Shown: positions 50,260 to 63,149, counted from the first letter of the stretch. The stretch is DNA of 64,000 bases from Prorocentrum cordatum (GCA_963575745.1 CAUYUJ010000003.1:1054001-1118000); one strand, 5' to 3'. The notes: generated by a model from the sequence alone, not told the origin. Numbers and translations are program-made.

Positions 50260-51977
50260 GACGCAACGACGACCAGTAGCAGCAGAGCCACCACGACGGC
50301 GACCAGCACCACTACGACCACGACGACCACGACGGCGACAACCAGCACCACCACTACCACGACCACCAGCAGCGACACCAGCACCAACACTGCGACGACT
50401 ACCAGCACAAGCGCCGCCAGCAGCTTGACGACGACTGCGACCCCTACCGGCGGCAACAACGCAGCGACAACCAGCAGCAGCAGCAGTACCACCACGACAG
50501 CGACCAGCAACTACGCTACCGCCACAACCACTACGACAGCGAAAAGCAGCGCGAAGACAGCGGCCAGCAGCAGCACCACCACAGCCAACGCGACGACGAC
50601 AGCCCGCAGCACCGACACCCAAGCCCGCACCAGCACCACCACAACACTGAGCGGCAACGCAGCGACTACCAAGAGCACCAGCGCCACGACAGCGACCTGC
50701 GACACTACAGAGTTGGCAGCCGACGCCACGACGACCAGCAGCACCAAGACCACGGCAACCAGCAACGCAACCGCCAGCACCGCCACCGCGACCACAACCA
50801 CAAGCACAACGGCGGCGACTACCACGCGGCGCTACTGCGGCGGGGGCTTGGGCGCAGAGAGGTGCGCGGCAGCCACGCCCCACGCCCGGGAGGTGGAGCC
50901 CGCAGGAGGGTGCGCGGTAGCCCCGTCCCACCTTCCACCCCTGTTCCGCTTCTGAGGCCGGCTCCTCGCCAGGCCGTTGTTCCTCCGCGTCCCTGGGGCA
51001 GGGGCCCAAGCGTAGGGCCCGGGGGCTCGGAGGCAGTTGCGCGGCAATCCCGTCCCACGCCTGGGAGGTGGGGCCCGCAGGCGGGCACGCGGCAGCTCTG
51101 TCCCACCTCCGGCCCCTGCTCCACTCTGGGCCTCTTGCCCGGTCGGCTGCGGCTGGTGCTGGCCGTCTTCGTCGTGCTGCTGCTCGTTGCAGCGGTGGTG
51201 GTGGTGGTGGTGGTGGTGGTGGTGGTGGTGGTGGTAGTGGTGGTGGTGGTGGTGGCGTCGGTGCAGGTGCTGGTGCTGGTGGCGGTGCTGCTGCCGGTCG
51301 TTGTAAGCGTAGACGGAAAGAGAGACGGCGCAGCCGCCAGCCACAGCCGACCGGGCAAGAGGCCCAAAGTGGAACGGGGTTTCTGCGCACCCGCCTATGG
51401 GCCCCACCTTCCAGGCGCGGGACGGGGCGGCCGCAGCAGCGCCGAGGCTGAGAGGGGGACGGCGCGGGCGAGGAGGCAGAAGAAGCAGCACGCGCCAGAG
51501 GGACGAGGCAGCTAGCGCCATGCCGCCTCACGCCTGGGACGCTGTACAGAACCCTTGCTGCAGCTGGCACAGGCCCAGGCGCGACTGGCGGGCAGGCCAG
51601 GCCGCGACAGGACGACCGCGCCACGAGCGGCTGGCAGTGGCGGGGGCTGGAGGCAGTGGAGGCGGCCACGACGGCGGCCGCCTGGCTGACGGCGGCGGCG
51701 GCGGCGGAGGCAGGGGCGGCGCAGCAGCAGCAGCTGCGCGGCGGCTGGGCGAGCCCCCTCGCCACGCCGCGGCAGCGCGGGCGCCCCCTTGCGCCAAGGC
51801 TCGCCAGCGGCAAGTTCGGAGTCCTCCTGGCTTCGGCCGAAAACCTCCGGCTCCTTCGGGGCGTGCCCCTGCCCCACGCTCACCGTGGGCGCGCGGGGGG
51901 GGCTCAGACGGGCTGCGGGGGGACGCGGCTGCCCTGGGTTACGCGAGGGGAGCAACAACAACAAAAAAACAAACAAA
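50260..51977 (+). repeat. Composite low-complexity insert (ACC/AGC/ACG triplets, internal foldback, A-rich 3' end)
   Basis: Triplet tract 50260-50825, inverted repeat 51050-51427, and aacaacaacaaaaaaacaaacaaac end at ~51955-51978. Confidence 0.7.
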
Positions 51978-51979
51978 CT

Positions 51980-52083
51980 TAGCCCTAGGGGGTGCCGCCG
52001 GGGAGGACGACCTCGACCTGGCCGAAGTGCCACTCGCAGACTTAGCCGGCCCACCCGCCAGCCGCTTGCCAATACTCCCCTGA
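51980..52083 (+). pseudogene. 3' fragment of the RLE-type retrotransposon ORF, part 2 (extreme C-terminus)
   Basis: ALGGAAGEDDLDLAEVPLADLAGPPASRLPILP* is the kind of ending expected after part 1. Confidence 0.45.
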
Positions 52084-52169
52084 TGCTCGGCACCACGGCC
52101 AACACGGCCGCCCCGAGGGGGCTCCAACGAAGGCCAGGAGCACCCCCGCCACGACAGCGGGCACCGCGA

Positions 52170-55100
52170 GAAGACCAGCAATACCACCACTACAACGGCG
52201 ACCCGCAGCACCACCGCCACGACTGCGACCTGCAGCAGCACCACCACCACGACTGAGACCCGCAGCACCACGACTGCGACAAGCAACGCCACGACTGCGA
52301 CCAGCAGCAGCAACACCACCACCACGAGCAACAAAACCATCACCAGCCGCAGCACCACGACTGCGACCAGCAGCAGCAGCACCACCACCACGAGCAACAG
52401 AACCATCACCAGCCGCAGCACCACGACTGCGACCAGCAGCATCACGACTGTGACCAGCAACACCACGACGGCGACCAGCAGCAGCACCACGAGTGCGACC
52501 AACAGCACCACCACCACGACAGCGACCCGCAGCACCACGACTGCGACCACCAGCATCACGACTGCGACCGGGAGCAGCACCACCGCGACTGCGACCAGCA
52601 GCACAACCACCAGCACCACCAGCGCCACCAGCACGACCAGCGCCACCACGACGGGAACCAGCAGCACTACGACTGCGACCAGCTGCAGCACCACCACGAC
52701 CGCGACCAGCTGCACAACCACGACTGCGACCAGCAGCACCACGACTACGACCAGCAACGCAACGATTGCGACCAGCAGCACCACGACTGCGACCGACAGC
52801 CACCACCACGACTGCGACCAGCAGCTGCACCACGACTGCGACCAACAACACCCAGACTACGACCCAGTCCCACCACGACCGCGAGCAGCAGCACCACGAC
52901 TGCGACCAGCAACACCACGACTGCGACCAGCAGCACCACCACCACGACTGCGACCCGCAGCACCACCACGACTGCGACCCGCAGCACCACCAGGACTGCG
53001 ACTGGGAGCATCACGACTGCGACCAGCAACACCACGACGGCGACCAGCAGCAGCACCACCACGACCGCGACCAGCAGCAGCACCACCACGACCGCGACCA
53101 GCAGCACCACCACAACTACGACAAGCAGCACCACGACTGCGACCAGCAGCAGCAGCAGCACCACGACCGCGACCAGCAGCACCACCACGACTGCGACCAG
53201 CAACACCCCGACCGTGACCAGCAGCGCCACGACTGCGACCAGCAGCAGCACCACCACGACCAGTAGCACCACCAGCACGACTTCGACCAGCACCACCGCC
53301 ACGATCGCGACCAGCAGCCCCACTACGATATGAGATAGAGGAGGGAATACGGGAGCCCACAGACGAGGCTGCGGGCGAGGAGGACGAAGAGGAGGGGAGA
53401 GGGCGAAGAATAGGAAGAGGAGACAGACGAGGCGGCGAAGGAGGCGGCCGAAGAGGACGGCGGCATCGCAACCAATAGCAGCACCGACAACACGACTACG
53501 ACTAGCAGCACCACGACGACTGTGACCAGCAGCACAACCACCACGGCTGCGACCAGCAGCACCACCACCACGACAGCGACCAGAAGCGCCACGACTACGA
53601 CAAGCAGAACCACAGCCACGAGCACGACCAACAGCTCCATCACCGCGACTGCGACCAGCAACGCCGCGACGGCGACCAACAGCGATCCGGCGAATACGAC
53701 CCGTATCGCCACCAGCAGCAACGCCACGACGACGACAACAACCAGCAGCACCGCCACCCCGACTGCCACCACAGCTGGACCAACCGCACCACTACGTCCC
53801 AACGCCACGACGGAGACCAGCAGGTCGACCACCAGCAGCAGCACCGCGACGGCGACCAGCGGGAGCACGCGGAGGAGGAGGAGGAGGAGAAGGAGGAGGA
53901 GGAGGAGGAGGAGGAGGAGGAGGAGGAGGAGGAGGAGGAGGGGGAGGAGGCGGAGGCGGAGGCGGAGGTGGAGGTGGAGGAGGACAGACGAGGCGGCGAA
54001 GGAGGCGGCCGAAGAGGAGGGCGGCACCGCTACAAACAGCAGCACCGACAACGCGACAACGACCAGCACCACCACGACGACGGCGACCAGCAGTTGAGCC
54101 ACGGCTGCGACCAGCATCGCCACCACCACGACAGCGACCAGAAGCGCCACGACTACGACAAGCAGAACCACAGCCACGAGCACGACCAACAGCTCCACCA
54201 CCTTGTCAGCAACCGGCGACGGCGACCAACAGCAACCTGGCGAAGACGACCCGTGCCGCCACAAGCAGCAACGCCACGACGACAACAACCAGCAACACCA
54301 CCACCCCGACTGCTACCACCGCCAGCAGCACCACGACCACGACCAACCGCACCACCACGCCCCAGCGCCACGACGGAGACCAGGCCCACCACCAGCAGCA
54401 GCACCGCGACGGCGACCAGCGGGAGAACGCGGAAGAGGAGGAGGAGGAGGAGGAGGAGGAGGAGGAGGAGGAGGAGGAGGAGGAGAAGGAAGAGGAGACA
54501 GACGAGTCGGCGAAGGAGGCAGCCGAAGAGGACGGCGAGACGGCAGCAAGCAGCCCCGCGACTGCGAGCCGCACTGCTACCAGCAGCAGCACAAACAACG
54601 CGACTGCGACGATGACCAGCAACACCACCGCCACGACAGCGGCCAGGAGTTCGACGATCACGACAAGCATACCCACAGCCACGAGCACGACCAACAGCTC
54701 CACCAGCAACCACCACACGACGGCGACCAACAACAATCTGGCGACAGCGACCTGCGTCGCCACCGGCAGCAACACCACGACTACAACAACCAGCGCCACC
54801 ACCCCGACTGCCACCACCACCAGCACCACGACCGCGACCAACCGCACCACCACGCCCCAACGCCACGACGGGGATCAGCAGATCCACCACCAGCAACACC
54901 GCGACTGCGTCCAGCAGGAGGACGCGGAGGAGGAGGGGGGGGAGGTGGCGCAGGAGGAGGAGGACAAGGAGGCAGAGGGCGAGAAGGAAGCGGAGGCGCT
55001 GGAGGAGGCAGAGTACGAGGGGGCGGAAACGGCGCCGCAGGAGGCAGAGGGCGGCAGCGCGGGGACCCCGCCGCCCTTCGGCTAGGAGGGGCTCGGTGAG

Positions 55101-55305
55101 GCACGCCAGGGCGGGCCCCGAGGGAGGGTGGGGCGAGAACGCTTGCGACTCTCGGCTCGGCCCCGCAGCGCAGCCGCGCCAGGAGAGAGACGAGGCGCCG
55201 AGGGGGCTTAAAACGAGGGGCGCAGCCCGCCGGAGGAGACGAACGGGGGGCCCGCGCGGCGAGGGACGCGCGCCCGCGCCCGCCACGCGCGCGAAAAAAA
55301 AAACA
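52170..55305 (+). repeat. Composite low-complexity element: accacgactgcgaccagcagc variants alternating with (GGA)n, a GC-rich 3' segment and an A-tail
   Basis: ~540-bp higher-order modules (e.g. acagacgaggcggcgaaggaggcggccgaagagg at ~53422, ~53984, ~54498). A-run at ~55294-55303. Confidence 0.85.
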
Positions 55306-55311
55306 ATTGAC

Positions 55312-55446
55312 TAGGCTGGAAAAGTCATCCTATTTGCTGCACTTGGCGACACAACTCCTTCGTGGCTCGTAGCTCCTCAGACCTGAGACGCATCGCTCAC
55401 ATCGGGTCCGTGCCACAGCAAGGACACGGCATCCACCAAAGCCCTA
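55312..55446 (-). pseudogene. LINE RT fragment containing the decayed catalytic xxDD motif
   Basis: [14 protein letters not shown] (LVDD expected), then RATKELCRQVQQIG*LFQP in a shifted frame. Confidence 0.65.
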
Positions 55447-55556
55447 GCACACACACAAACACACACACAAACACACACACACACACACATACACACACAC
55501 ATACACATACACACACACCCACACCCCCACACCCACGCACGCCCCCCCCACACCCA

Positions 55557-55591
<35 letters not shown>

Positions 55592-55674
55592 GCGCACGCG
55601 CACACACACACACACACACACACACATTCACACACACACACGCGCGCGCAAACACACACACACACACACACACC

Positions 55675-55711
<37 letters not shown>

Positions 55712-55833
55712 GAACACGCACACGCACACGCACACGCATACGCACACGCACACGCACACGCACACGCACACACACACACACATACACGCACACACACCCA
55801 CACACACGCGAACGCGCACGCACACAAACACGC

Positions 55834-55881
<48 letters not shown>

Positions 55882-56223
55882 ACGCACACGCACACGCACA
55901 CGCACACGCACACACGCATCACGCACACGCACACGCACGCACACGCACACGCACACGCACACGCACACGCACGCGCACGCGCACGCGCACGCACGCACAC
56001 GCACACGCACACCACACGCACACGCACACTCACACGCACACGCACACGCACACGCACACGCAGGCGCAGGCGCAGCGCAGGCGCAGGCGCAGGCGCAGGC
56101 GCAGGCGCAGGCGCAGGCGCAGGCGCAGGCGCAGGCGCAGGCGCAGGGCGCAGGCGCAGGCGCAGGCGCAGGCGCAGGCGCAGGCGCAGGCGCGCACGCG
56201 CACGCGCACACGCACACGCACAC

Positions 56224-56262
<39 letters not shown>

Positions 56263-56656
56263 AACACACACACACACGCACACGCAAACGCACACGCACA
56301 CGCACGCGCACACGCACGAGCACAAGCACGCACGCGCACGCACGCACGCGCACGCACGCACACACCGCACACGCACCCGCACCCGCACCCGCCACGCACC
56401 CGCACCCGCACCCACACCCGCACCCGCACCCGCACCCGCACCCGCACCCGCATCCGCACCCGCACCCGCACCCGCACACGCACACGCACACGCACACGCA
56501 CACGCCCACGCCCACGCCCACGCACACGCACGCGCACACGCGCACGCACACGCACACGCACACGCCCGCCCGCGCACGCACGCCCGCGCACGCACGCCCG
56601 CACACGCACGCCCGCACACGCACGCACGCACACGCACACGCACCCGCACGCACACA

Positions 56657-56688
<32 letters not shown>

Positions 56689-56870
56689 CCCACGCACCCA
56701 CGCACCCACACACACACACACACACACACCCACGCACCCACGCACCCACGCACACACGCACACACACACACACACACGCACACACACACACACACACACG
56801 CACACACACACACAAGCACGCAACACCCACACATCCACGCACACAACACCCACGCACACACACACACACA
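55447..56870. repeat. 1.4-kb compound microsatellite (CA)n/(CACG)n/(CACACG)n/(CAGGCG)n/(CACCCG)n
   Basis: Read directly. It sits between RT codons FPS and ARALVD. Confidence 0.97.
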
Positions 56871-57180
56871 CTAGGGAACATATCGATCGTACGCTTGATG
56901 GGCTGGGGAAGAATGGCCATCATGACCGCCGACATCGCCGAACAACCAGCTAGGACCCCCAGGGAACTGACATAGGCTTCGGAGAACGAGCCAAACGCAT
57001 CAATCCTACTGTGCGCCATGTAGTTCTGAATTAACGCCCAGCCTAATCTGAGCGGGAGATCTGCTTCGCAAAAAATCGGGGAAAGCACAGACAGCTCAAT
57101 CATTTCGTAGCCGTTCATCATGGCAAGAAGCACAGGAACTAGATGGTGCTGGTTGGCCGAGGCAATCTTCGAAAGCGGAA
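56871..57180 (-). pseudogene. LINE reverse transcriptase core fragment (domains ~3-4)
   Basis: VLLAMMNGYEMIELSVL...LPLRLGWALIQNYMAHSRIDAFGSFSEAYVSSLGVLAGCSAMSAVMMAIL...DMFPS matches D..K.YE.I / Y...R / G..AGC. Confidence 0.75.
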
Positions 57181-57299
57181 TCGCTGGGCGTGGCGGCTGA
57201 GCTGGCGGTTGGCGGCGGCGGGGGGCTGAAGGTAGGTCCGGGCGCGTGGGGGACCATCCTGACTGACTGACTGACTGATTGACTGCCTGTCTTGTTGCC

Positions 57300-57535
57300 A
57301 CGGAAAAAAATCGCTCGCACTCCTCCCGTTCCCAGCTCCCCAGAACTCCTCTGTCCTATGCTCTCGCTCCCAAGCGTCGGTCTCAGGGCGACGCAGCTTG
57401 CCCAAGAGCCGAAGCAGGATATCCAGCACTGCTATCAAGCGGTGCCCTCCGTCTGGCTCCCCCAGCCTGACGACGCGGCTCATCAGCCGAGCTGTAGGCC
57501 AGGCTAGGCACCGTTCGCACGCTTGGAGCAGAAAG
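57300..57535 (-). pseudogene. LINE reverse transcriptase fragment (domains ~1-2)
   Basis: FLLQACERCLAWPTARLMSRVVRLGEPDGGHRLIAVLDILLRLLGKLRRPETDAWEREHRTEEFWGAGNGRSA matches WP...L.KP.GG.R.I. Confidence 0.75.
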
Positions 57536-58880
57536 GAAGAGGAGGAGGAGGAGGAGGAGGAGGAGGAGGAGAAAGAGGAGGAGGAGGAGACAGAAGAGGA
57601 CGGGGAGACGGCAACAAGCAGCACCGCGACTGCGACCCGCAGCGCCACCAAGACTGCGAACCGCACCACTACCAACAGCAGCACCACCGACGCGACTGCG
57701 ACCAGCAGCACAACCACGATCGCGACCAGCAGTTGCGCCAAGACTGCGACCAACAGCGCCACCACCAAGACAACGAACAGGAGCGCCACGACTAAACAAG
57801 CAGAACCACAGCCACGAGCACGACCAACAGCTCCACCACCGCGACTGCGACCAGAAGCACCACGACGGAGACCAACAACAACCTGGCGACTGCGACCTGC
57901 ATCGCCACCAGCGGCACCACCACAACGACTGCAACCAACAACACCACCACCACCACCCCGACTGCACCAACAACACCACCAAGACCGCGACCAACCGCAC
58001 CACCACACCCCAGCGCCACGACGGAGACCAGCAGTACCACCGCCAGCAGCAACGCCGCGACGGTGACCAGCAGGAGTGCGAGGAGGACGAGGTAGAGGAG
58101 GCGGAAGAAGAGGCAGAGGGCGAGGAGGACGAAGAGGAGGGGAGAGGGCGAGGAAGAGGAGGAAGAGGAGACAGACGAGGCGGCGAAGGAGGCGGTCGAA
58201 GAGGACGGCGAGACGGCAGCAAGCAGCCCCACGACTGCGACCCGCAGCGCCGCCAAGGCTGCGAGCCGCACCACTACCAACAACAACATCAATAACACGA
58301 CTACGACCAGCAACACCACCATGACTGCGACCAGCAAATGCCCCACGACTGCGACCAGAAGCGCCGGGACTACGACAAGCAGAACCACAGCCACGAGCAC
58401 GACCAACAGCTCCACCACCGCGACTGCGACCAGCAGCAGCACGACGGCGACCAACAACAATACAAGGAGGCAGAGGGCGAGGAGGAAGTGGAAGCGCTGG
58501 AGGAGAAAGACGACGAGGGGGCGGAAGCGGCGCCGCAGGAACCCGAACGACGCAAGTTGAGGACTGGCGCGCGAAGGCGCAGGAGAGCCAGGAACAGGCC
58601 GCTGGAGGCGGAGGGCGGCCGCGCGGGGACTCCACCGCCCTTCGCCTAGGAGGGATTCGGGGAGGCACGCCAGAGCGGGTCCCGATTAAGGGTGGGGTTG
58701 GAACGCCCGCGACTCTCGGGGCGGCCGGGGGGACCCCGCAGCGCAGCCACGCCAGGAGAGAGACGAGGCGCCAAGGGCGCCAAAGAGAAGGAGGGGCGCA
58801 GGCCTGCGCGAGCGGGGCACCCGCCGGAGGAAGCGAGCGGGGGCCCGCGCGGCGCGCGGAGGGGGAGAGGAGAAAAAAAG
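57536..58880 (+). repeat. Second copy of the composite low-complexity A-tailed element
   Basis: Same (GGA)n/triplet modules. The 3' segment (ccgcccttcg.ctaggaggg..tcgg; gccaggagaga.acgaggcgcc; gggggcccgcgcggcg) matches 55060-55300 and ends in agaaaaaaag. Confidence 0.8.
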
Positions 58881-59150
58881 AGTTCACCAACCAATCCAAT
58901 ACCGAATTCGTCAACACGCGCGTTAGTTATGCTTGTCTACCTCCATGGATCGGCCAGAGGCGGCCCAATCAAGGCCGTTTAATAATCACGGGCCTGAAGA
59001 GACAGAAGACGACCCTAGGGCACCACGCCTTCAAAACCGACTCTGGGGAAGTGCCAGATTGACCGCCCCGAGAAAGGCCCAAACCAGCCCGACATGCTAT
59101 TGCCAGTTCGTTAAGAGTCGGCACTGGGATGCCGCAAATGGAGGGAACGC
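58881..59150 (-). pseudogene. LINE ORF2 fragment immediately upstream of the RT (domain 0)
   Basis: GRSMEVDKHN*RA, then LTNSVLDWLVN, which joins naturally to FLLQACE across the insert. Confidence 0.45.
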
Positions 59151-61329
59151 GGGGGTCACAGCCGCTCAGCCTGAGGGGGCCAAAACTTGAGGCGCGGCGC
59201 CCGGGGCGGCGCGACGTCGCGACAACGCCCGACGACCGCAGGGACGCGAAAGACCCGAGGGCGCTGCGGGAGGGCAAGGAAACACAGCGTGCGCGCGCCG
59301 CGCCTGGACTGCCACGCCAGCGCCGCGCGAAGGGCAAGCCGCGCACGAACCAGGAGCGCCAGGCGGGCCGCGCCGTCGCCCAGCGCGAGGCGCAGCGGCA
59401 CGCAACGTGCCCCGCGAGCAGCGGGGAGGCCGACGAGCGGTCTCGGCTGGCGGGCCACGCGCGTGCCCGGCGCGCGTGGCCGGCGCGGCACTCGTGCCGC
59501 CGAACGCTCAGGCCGCGCACGGGTCGCGCGGCGCACAGGCCCGCACATGGGCGCCCCGACGTGCCGCCGAACGCAGGTCGTGCACGGGCCCAGCGGCGAT
59601 GGAGTCCTGCTGAGCGGCGCGCGCGTCCGCCTGGGCGCCCTATGCGCTGCAGAGTTGCAGGTCTGCACGAGTCCCGCGACGGCGCAGCCCACGACGCGTG
59701 GCGCGGAATGCGCGAGCGCTGCGCCCGTCCACCTCCGCGCAGGCCCACACCGGCCTTTCGCGGGCCCAAAAACAGTAACGGCCCACGAGGAGCCCCGAGA
59801 TACCCTGCCAGGACGGTCACGGAGAGGGCCCCACGACCAGAGAAATCATAGGACTTGCTAGCGATGCAGCACTACACCCTCTTGCCCCCACGCCCCCCCT
59901 TCACAAGCCCATTCAGGTATGACTCAACACCACGGGAAACGTCCGTTTGAAAAGCTAGTGCCCCACAGGCCTGCCATTCAGGCGAAAGCCCCTCTCTGAG
60001 AAGGAACGGGCCTCCCAAACGCCGCAGGACCGCAAAGCCAACGAGCGTGTCCAATCAGAGCCCCGTTGTGAGAATGAAGCGACAGTGTCCAGGAAGGCAC
60101 GACTCTGAAAAACAAGGTCTCGCCATCCTCGTAACTTCTCCACTCTGTTACACATCGAGTCGTAGACATGTTCAGGGAAACTTTAGGGAGGGTAACTTTT
60201 CTAATGAAAAGAAATGGCCCGCCCTCCGTAAACGAACCGCCCTCCACCCCCGTGGCCGTTGCAAGCTTGAAGACGAATGTGCGTTGCGCTGCGGCCAGAG
60301 CCACATTCTGAAGTCTGCCCGCACTCAATTCTTGCCTGTTGCTTCGTGGCTGCTAGATGTCGGCGGCGCTAACACGAGAACCACTCTGAAAACGGTTCGC
60401 CCTCAACCTCTCTGACAACGTGAGCTCTTAGAACGAACGTTCGCGGCGCCTGTGCGAGAGACACTTTTCGATAACGCCTTACCCCCCCAGCCCCCCGTCC
60501 GTGTAACTGTTAGGGTTTTGACGTCGGGGTCATGGACGGTAAGAGCGTCTCAAGCGCAACGCCTGGACCGCTCAACGACGTCTGCTCGCGCGGCGGGTGA
60601 GAATTATCTTCGGTGAAAGAAGGGGTGGGGTGAGGAGGACGGGGATGAGGAAGAGGAGGGGGAAGGGGGATGGCGAGGAGGAAAGGGGAAGGGGAGAGGC
60701 AAGGGGGGGAGAAAGAGGACCCGGAGGAGTGACGGAGGAAGAAAAGAGAGAAAAGAGGAGGAGGCAGGAAAAGGAAAAGGAAGAAGCAGGAGGCAGGATG
60801 AGCAAGGGAAAGCAGGAGGAGAGGGGAGACACGGCGAAAGAAAAAAGCCGTGCGCGCGACACGGGCGGCAGGCTTTGGCGGCTTTAGCCTCCTCGCATAG
60901 AACGCCAAGCGGACAGGATGAAGAGCTGCTCTCGCTGTGCCCCTCGCGAGGGGGCGCGCACCAGACGTGCTGGGGTGGCATACCCCTCGTGGGAACGCCC
61001 GGGACAGCCCCGCTCCTGGCCCTGTGCGATCGCGTGGCCAGGTGCTCGTGCGGAGGCCAGGCCTCGTGGGACGCCTCCTCCAACACGGACCCTCGGCTCG
61101 AGGGTGCCGCCCCTCGCTGGTGGGGGGCACCGCCACTCCCCCCCGCCTCTGCTTGGCCGCAGCCGGCCGCATGGACCGAGAGGCCCCAACTGCGGGCCAG
61201 CCGTTGAGCCGGTGCCCGTGCGCCGGTCCTGCCACCTCTGCAGACGCTCACCCGCCCACGGTTCGTGTCGTTGAGGGGGATCGTCCTGCCCTGTCTCTCC
61301 CGTCACCCTCGCCACTACCCAGAAGCTGT

Positions 61330-61790
61330 AGAGCTAAGCTCTGCCCCCTCAGAAACAGTAGGCGGGTTAAGGACTCAGGGGTGTCTCCGCCTATTCGGAC
61401 CCCGAAATGCGTACGGAGAGGATGGGTACGATGCCCAGCAATAAATGTTGTCCAAAACCGACAGCGGCCGCTGTTGGTCAAGCGTCTGAAATGGACAACG
61501 ACGGCGAGACGCCGACAGCGAACCCTTTTCAAATTGAACAAGAGCTGCTGTTTGACTTTGTACCCATTTCGATCGTCCGAAGCCTGAGGGCTAAGAGGGC
61601 TGCACTGCCTTCGAGAAAATAGAGACCTCCCGACTATCATTGCGGCAAGGGCGGGTACGTCTCCGATGGCCAGCCGGAGACGCATGCCAGTTCTTTTTGA
61701 GGGCCGCGACCCACTTGAAGGGGAAGCGGCGGCTCCAGGTCGAGTTCAAGTTGGCTCGCACCCACACCTCTGGTAAATGTTTCCTTTCCC
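61330..61790 (-). pseudogene. Probable decayed APE endonuclease N-terminus of the same LINE
   Basis: VWVRANLNSTW...AGHRR (N / QEH-like), RNGYK...LAVVV. Strand and order fit the RT pieces. Confidence 0.35.
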
Positions 61791-62299
61791 GGGTTGGCTG
61801 CTTATTCTGGGCTGCGCCTTCTGCGATTCTCGTCCCGCGCGCAGCTCGTCGGCTCTGTTCTGCTTCGCCTCGGCTCGTTGATTTGTCGTCTTGGCTGCGG
61901 CGCACCGTACCCCGTGAACGCTGTTCGCTTTGACACGGACGACCTTTGCGTCCACAACGTGACTTTTACCTTAGCCTTGGGTAGGGTACACGCAGGTTGT
62001 GTTATTTAATATTGCTGCGCAGTTCTAGCATAGGGTTGTCCGGCAACGTGCTCGCGCTGTTGGGCGTGAACTGCTGGACACGCGACCGCCCCAGCCAGGA
62101 CACAACACACACTCCCAAAACCACGGGGTGCGGCGCACTCGCACGCGCGCGCACTGAGCAAGCAACGAAAACAATGCATGGTCGATGACGCAAGGAAGCC
62201 GGAGGTTGCCAGTGGGTGTCCCTGGCCCGAGATGCTCTTACCTTCTCGCACCGTTTGGAGGCCCGTGGGCCCTCTGGGCCTTATGGGGGCCTCCCTGGA

Positions 62300-62700
62300 A
62301 AAGCTAGGGCCACATGGGGCCAGGGACACCCTTGGCAGCACCCGATGTATGGTCCATGGGGATGAATGGCACGCCGGCAGATCTGGAAAGAAACCCGAAG
62401 CCTCGCCGGCCATTGCGGAAACAGGGAGGGCTGCAGGGCTGGGGTGCGGGCCTCGCCAAAACTATTGGCTTGCAGAGCGCGAGCGGGCGGGGCTGGCCAA
62501 GCTCGCTAATGTTATACCAAACGACAACTTTTATAGAATGCGCACTAAACAACTGCGCCAATGATGCTTGAGGAGCAACGTCATGGCAAATCCACAAGGC
62601 GATTCGCAGAGCACGCCGTGTTACGAGGGGCCTTCGAATCAGATGCTGCATCGGGCCAGGCGGATCAGCAACCACTCGCCACCTTACGGTAGGGACTCTC
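62300..62700 (+). pseudogene. Possible second LINE APE endonuclease remnant on the opposite strand
   Basis: Weak ordered matches CMVHGDE (GD.N), LAKLANVI (KLD) and RISNHSP (SDH.P). Confidence 0.3.
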
Positions 62701-63149
62701 CCGTCGCGGTCTGGAAACAGTGGTTGATAAAAACCTTGCGGATCATTACCTGCAGGAACACCTCAACTCGGGAACTATGGGGCGACGCGTTGGCGTGCAT
62801 GTGTGCGTGGGGAAGAATGAGGGTGCGGGCGACGCCCAATGACACCGAGGCACCCATGCTCTACATTTCGGGGGCGGCCTCTCTCGAAGAAACCCACAAC
62901 TGGACTGGCACAACCCAATCGTGCAAATCATCGCACACAGTGGCGAACTCCAGCCATGCCATCTCTACAGGTGTTCAAGAAGTTGGCAAATGTGGCGCTA
63001 GCGGTGAAAACAACGTGGTCTCCCGTATATGCACAGCTTTCCTGAGAGCACGAAGCAGGACTTAGCACCACTACAGCATACACAATGACTTCAACGGACG
63101 ATGTATATAACTTTGCAAGCATCGTACAATATGCTGACTGGCCTCTTCT

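Noticed and set aside
50191..58917. Long poly-T/Q/H/V/R ORFs including the 537-, 496- and 592-aa calls
   Set aside because: They are translations of triplet and dinucleotide repeats. Only the RT-like segments within them are retained as features.
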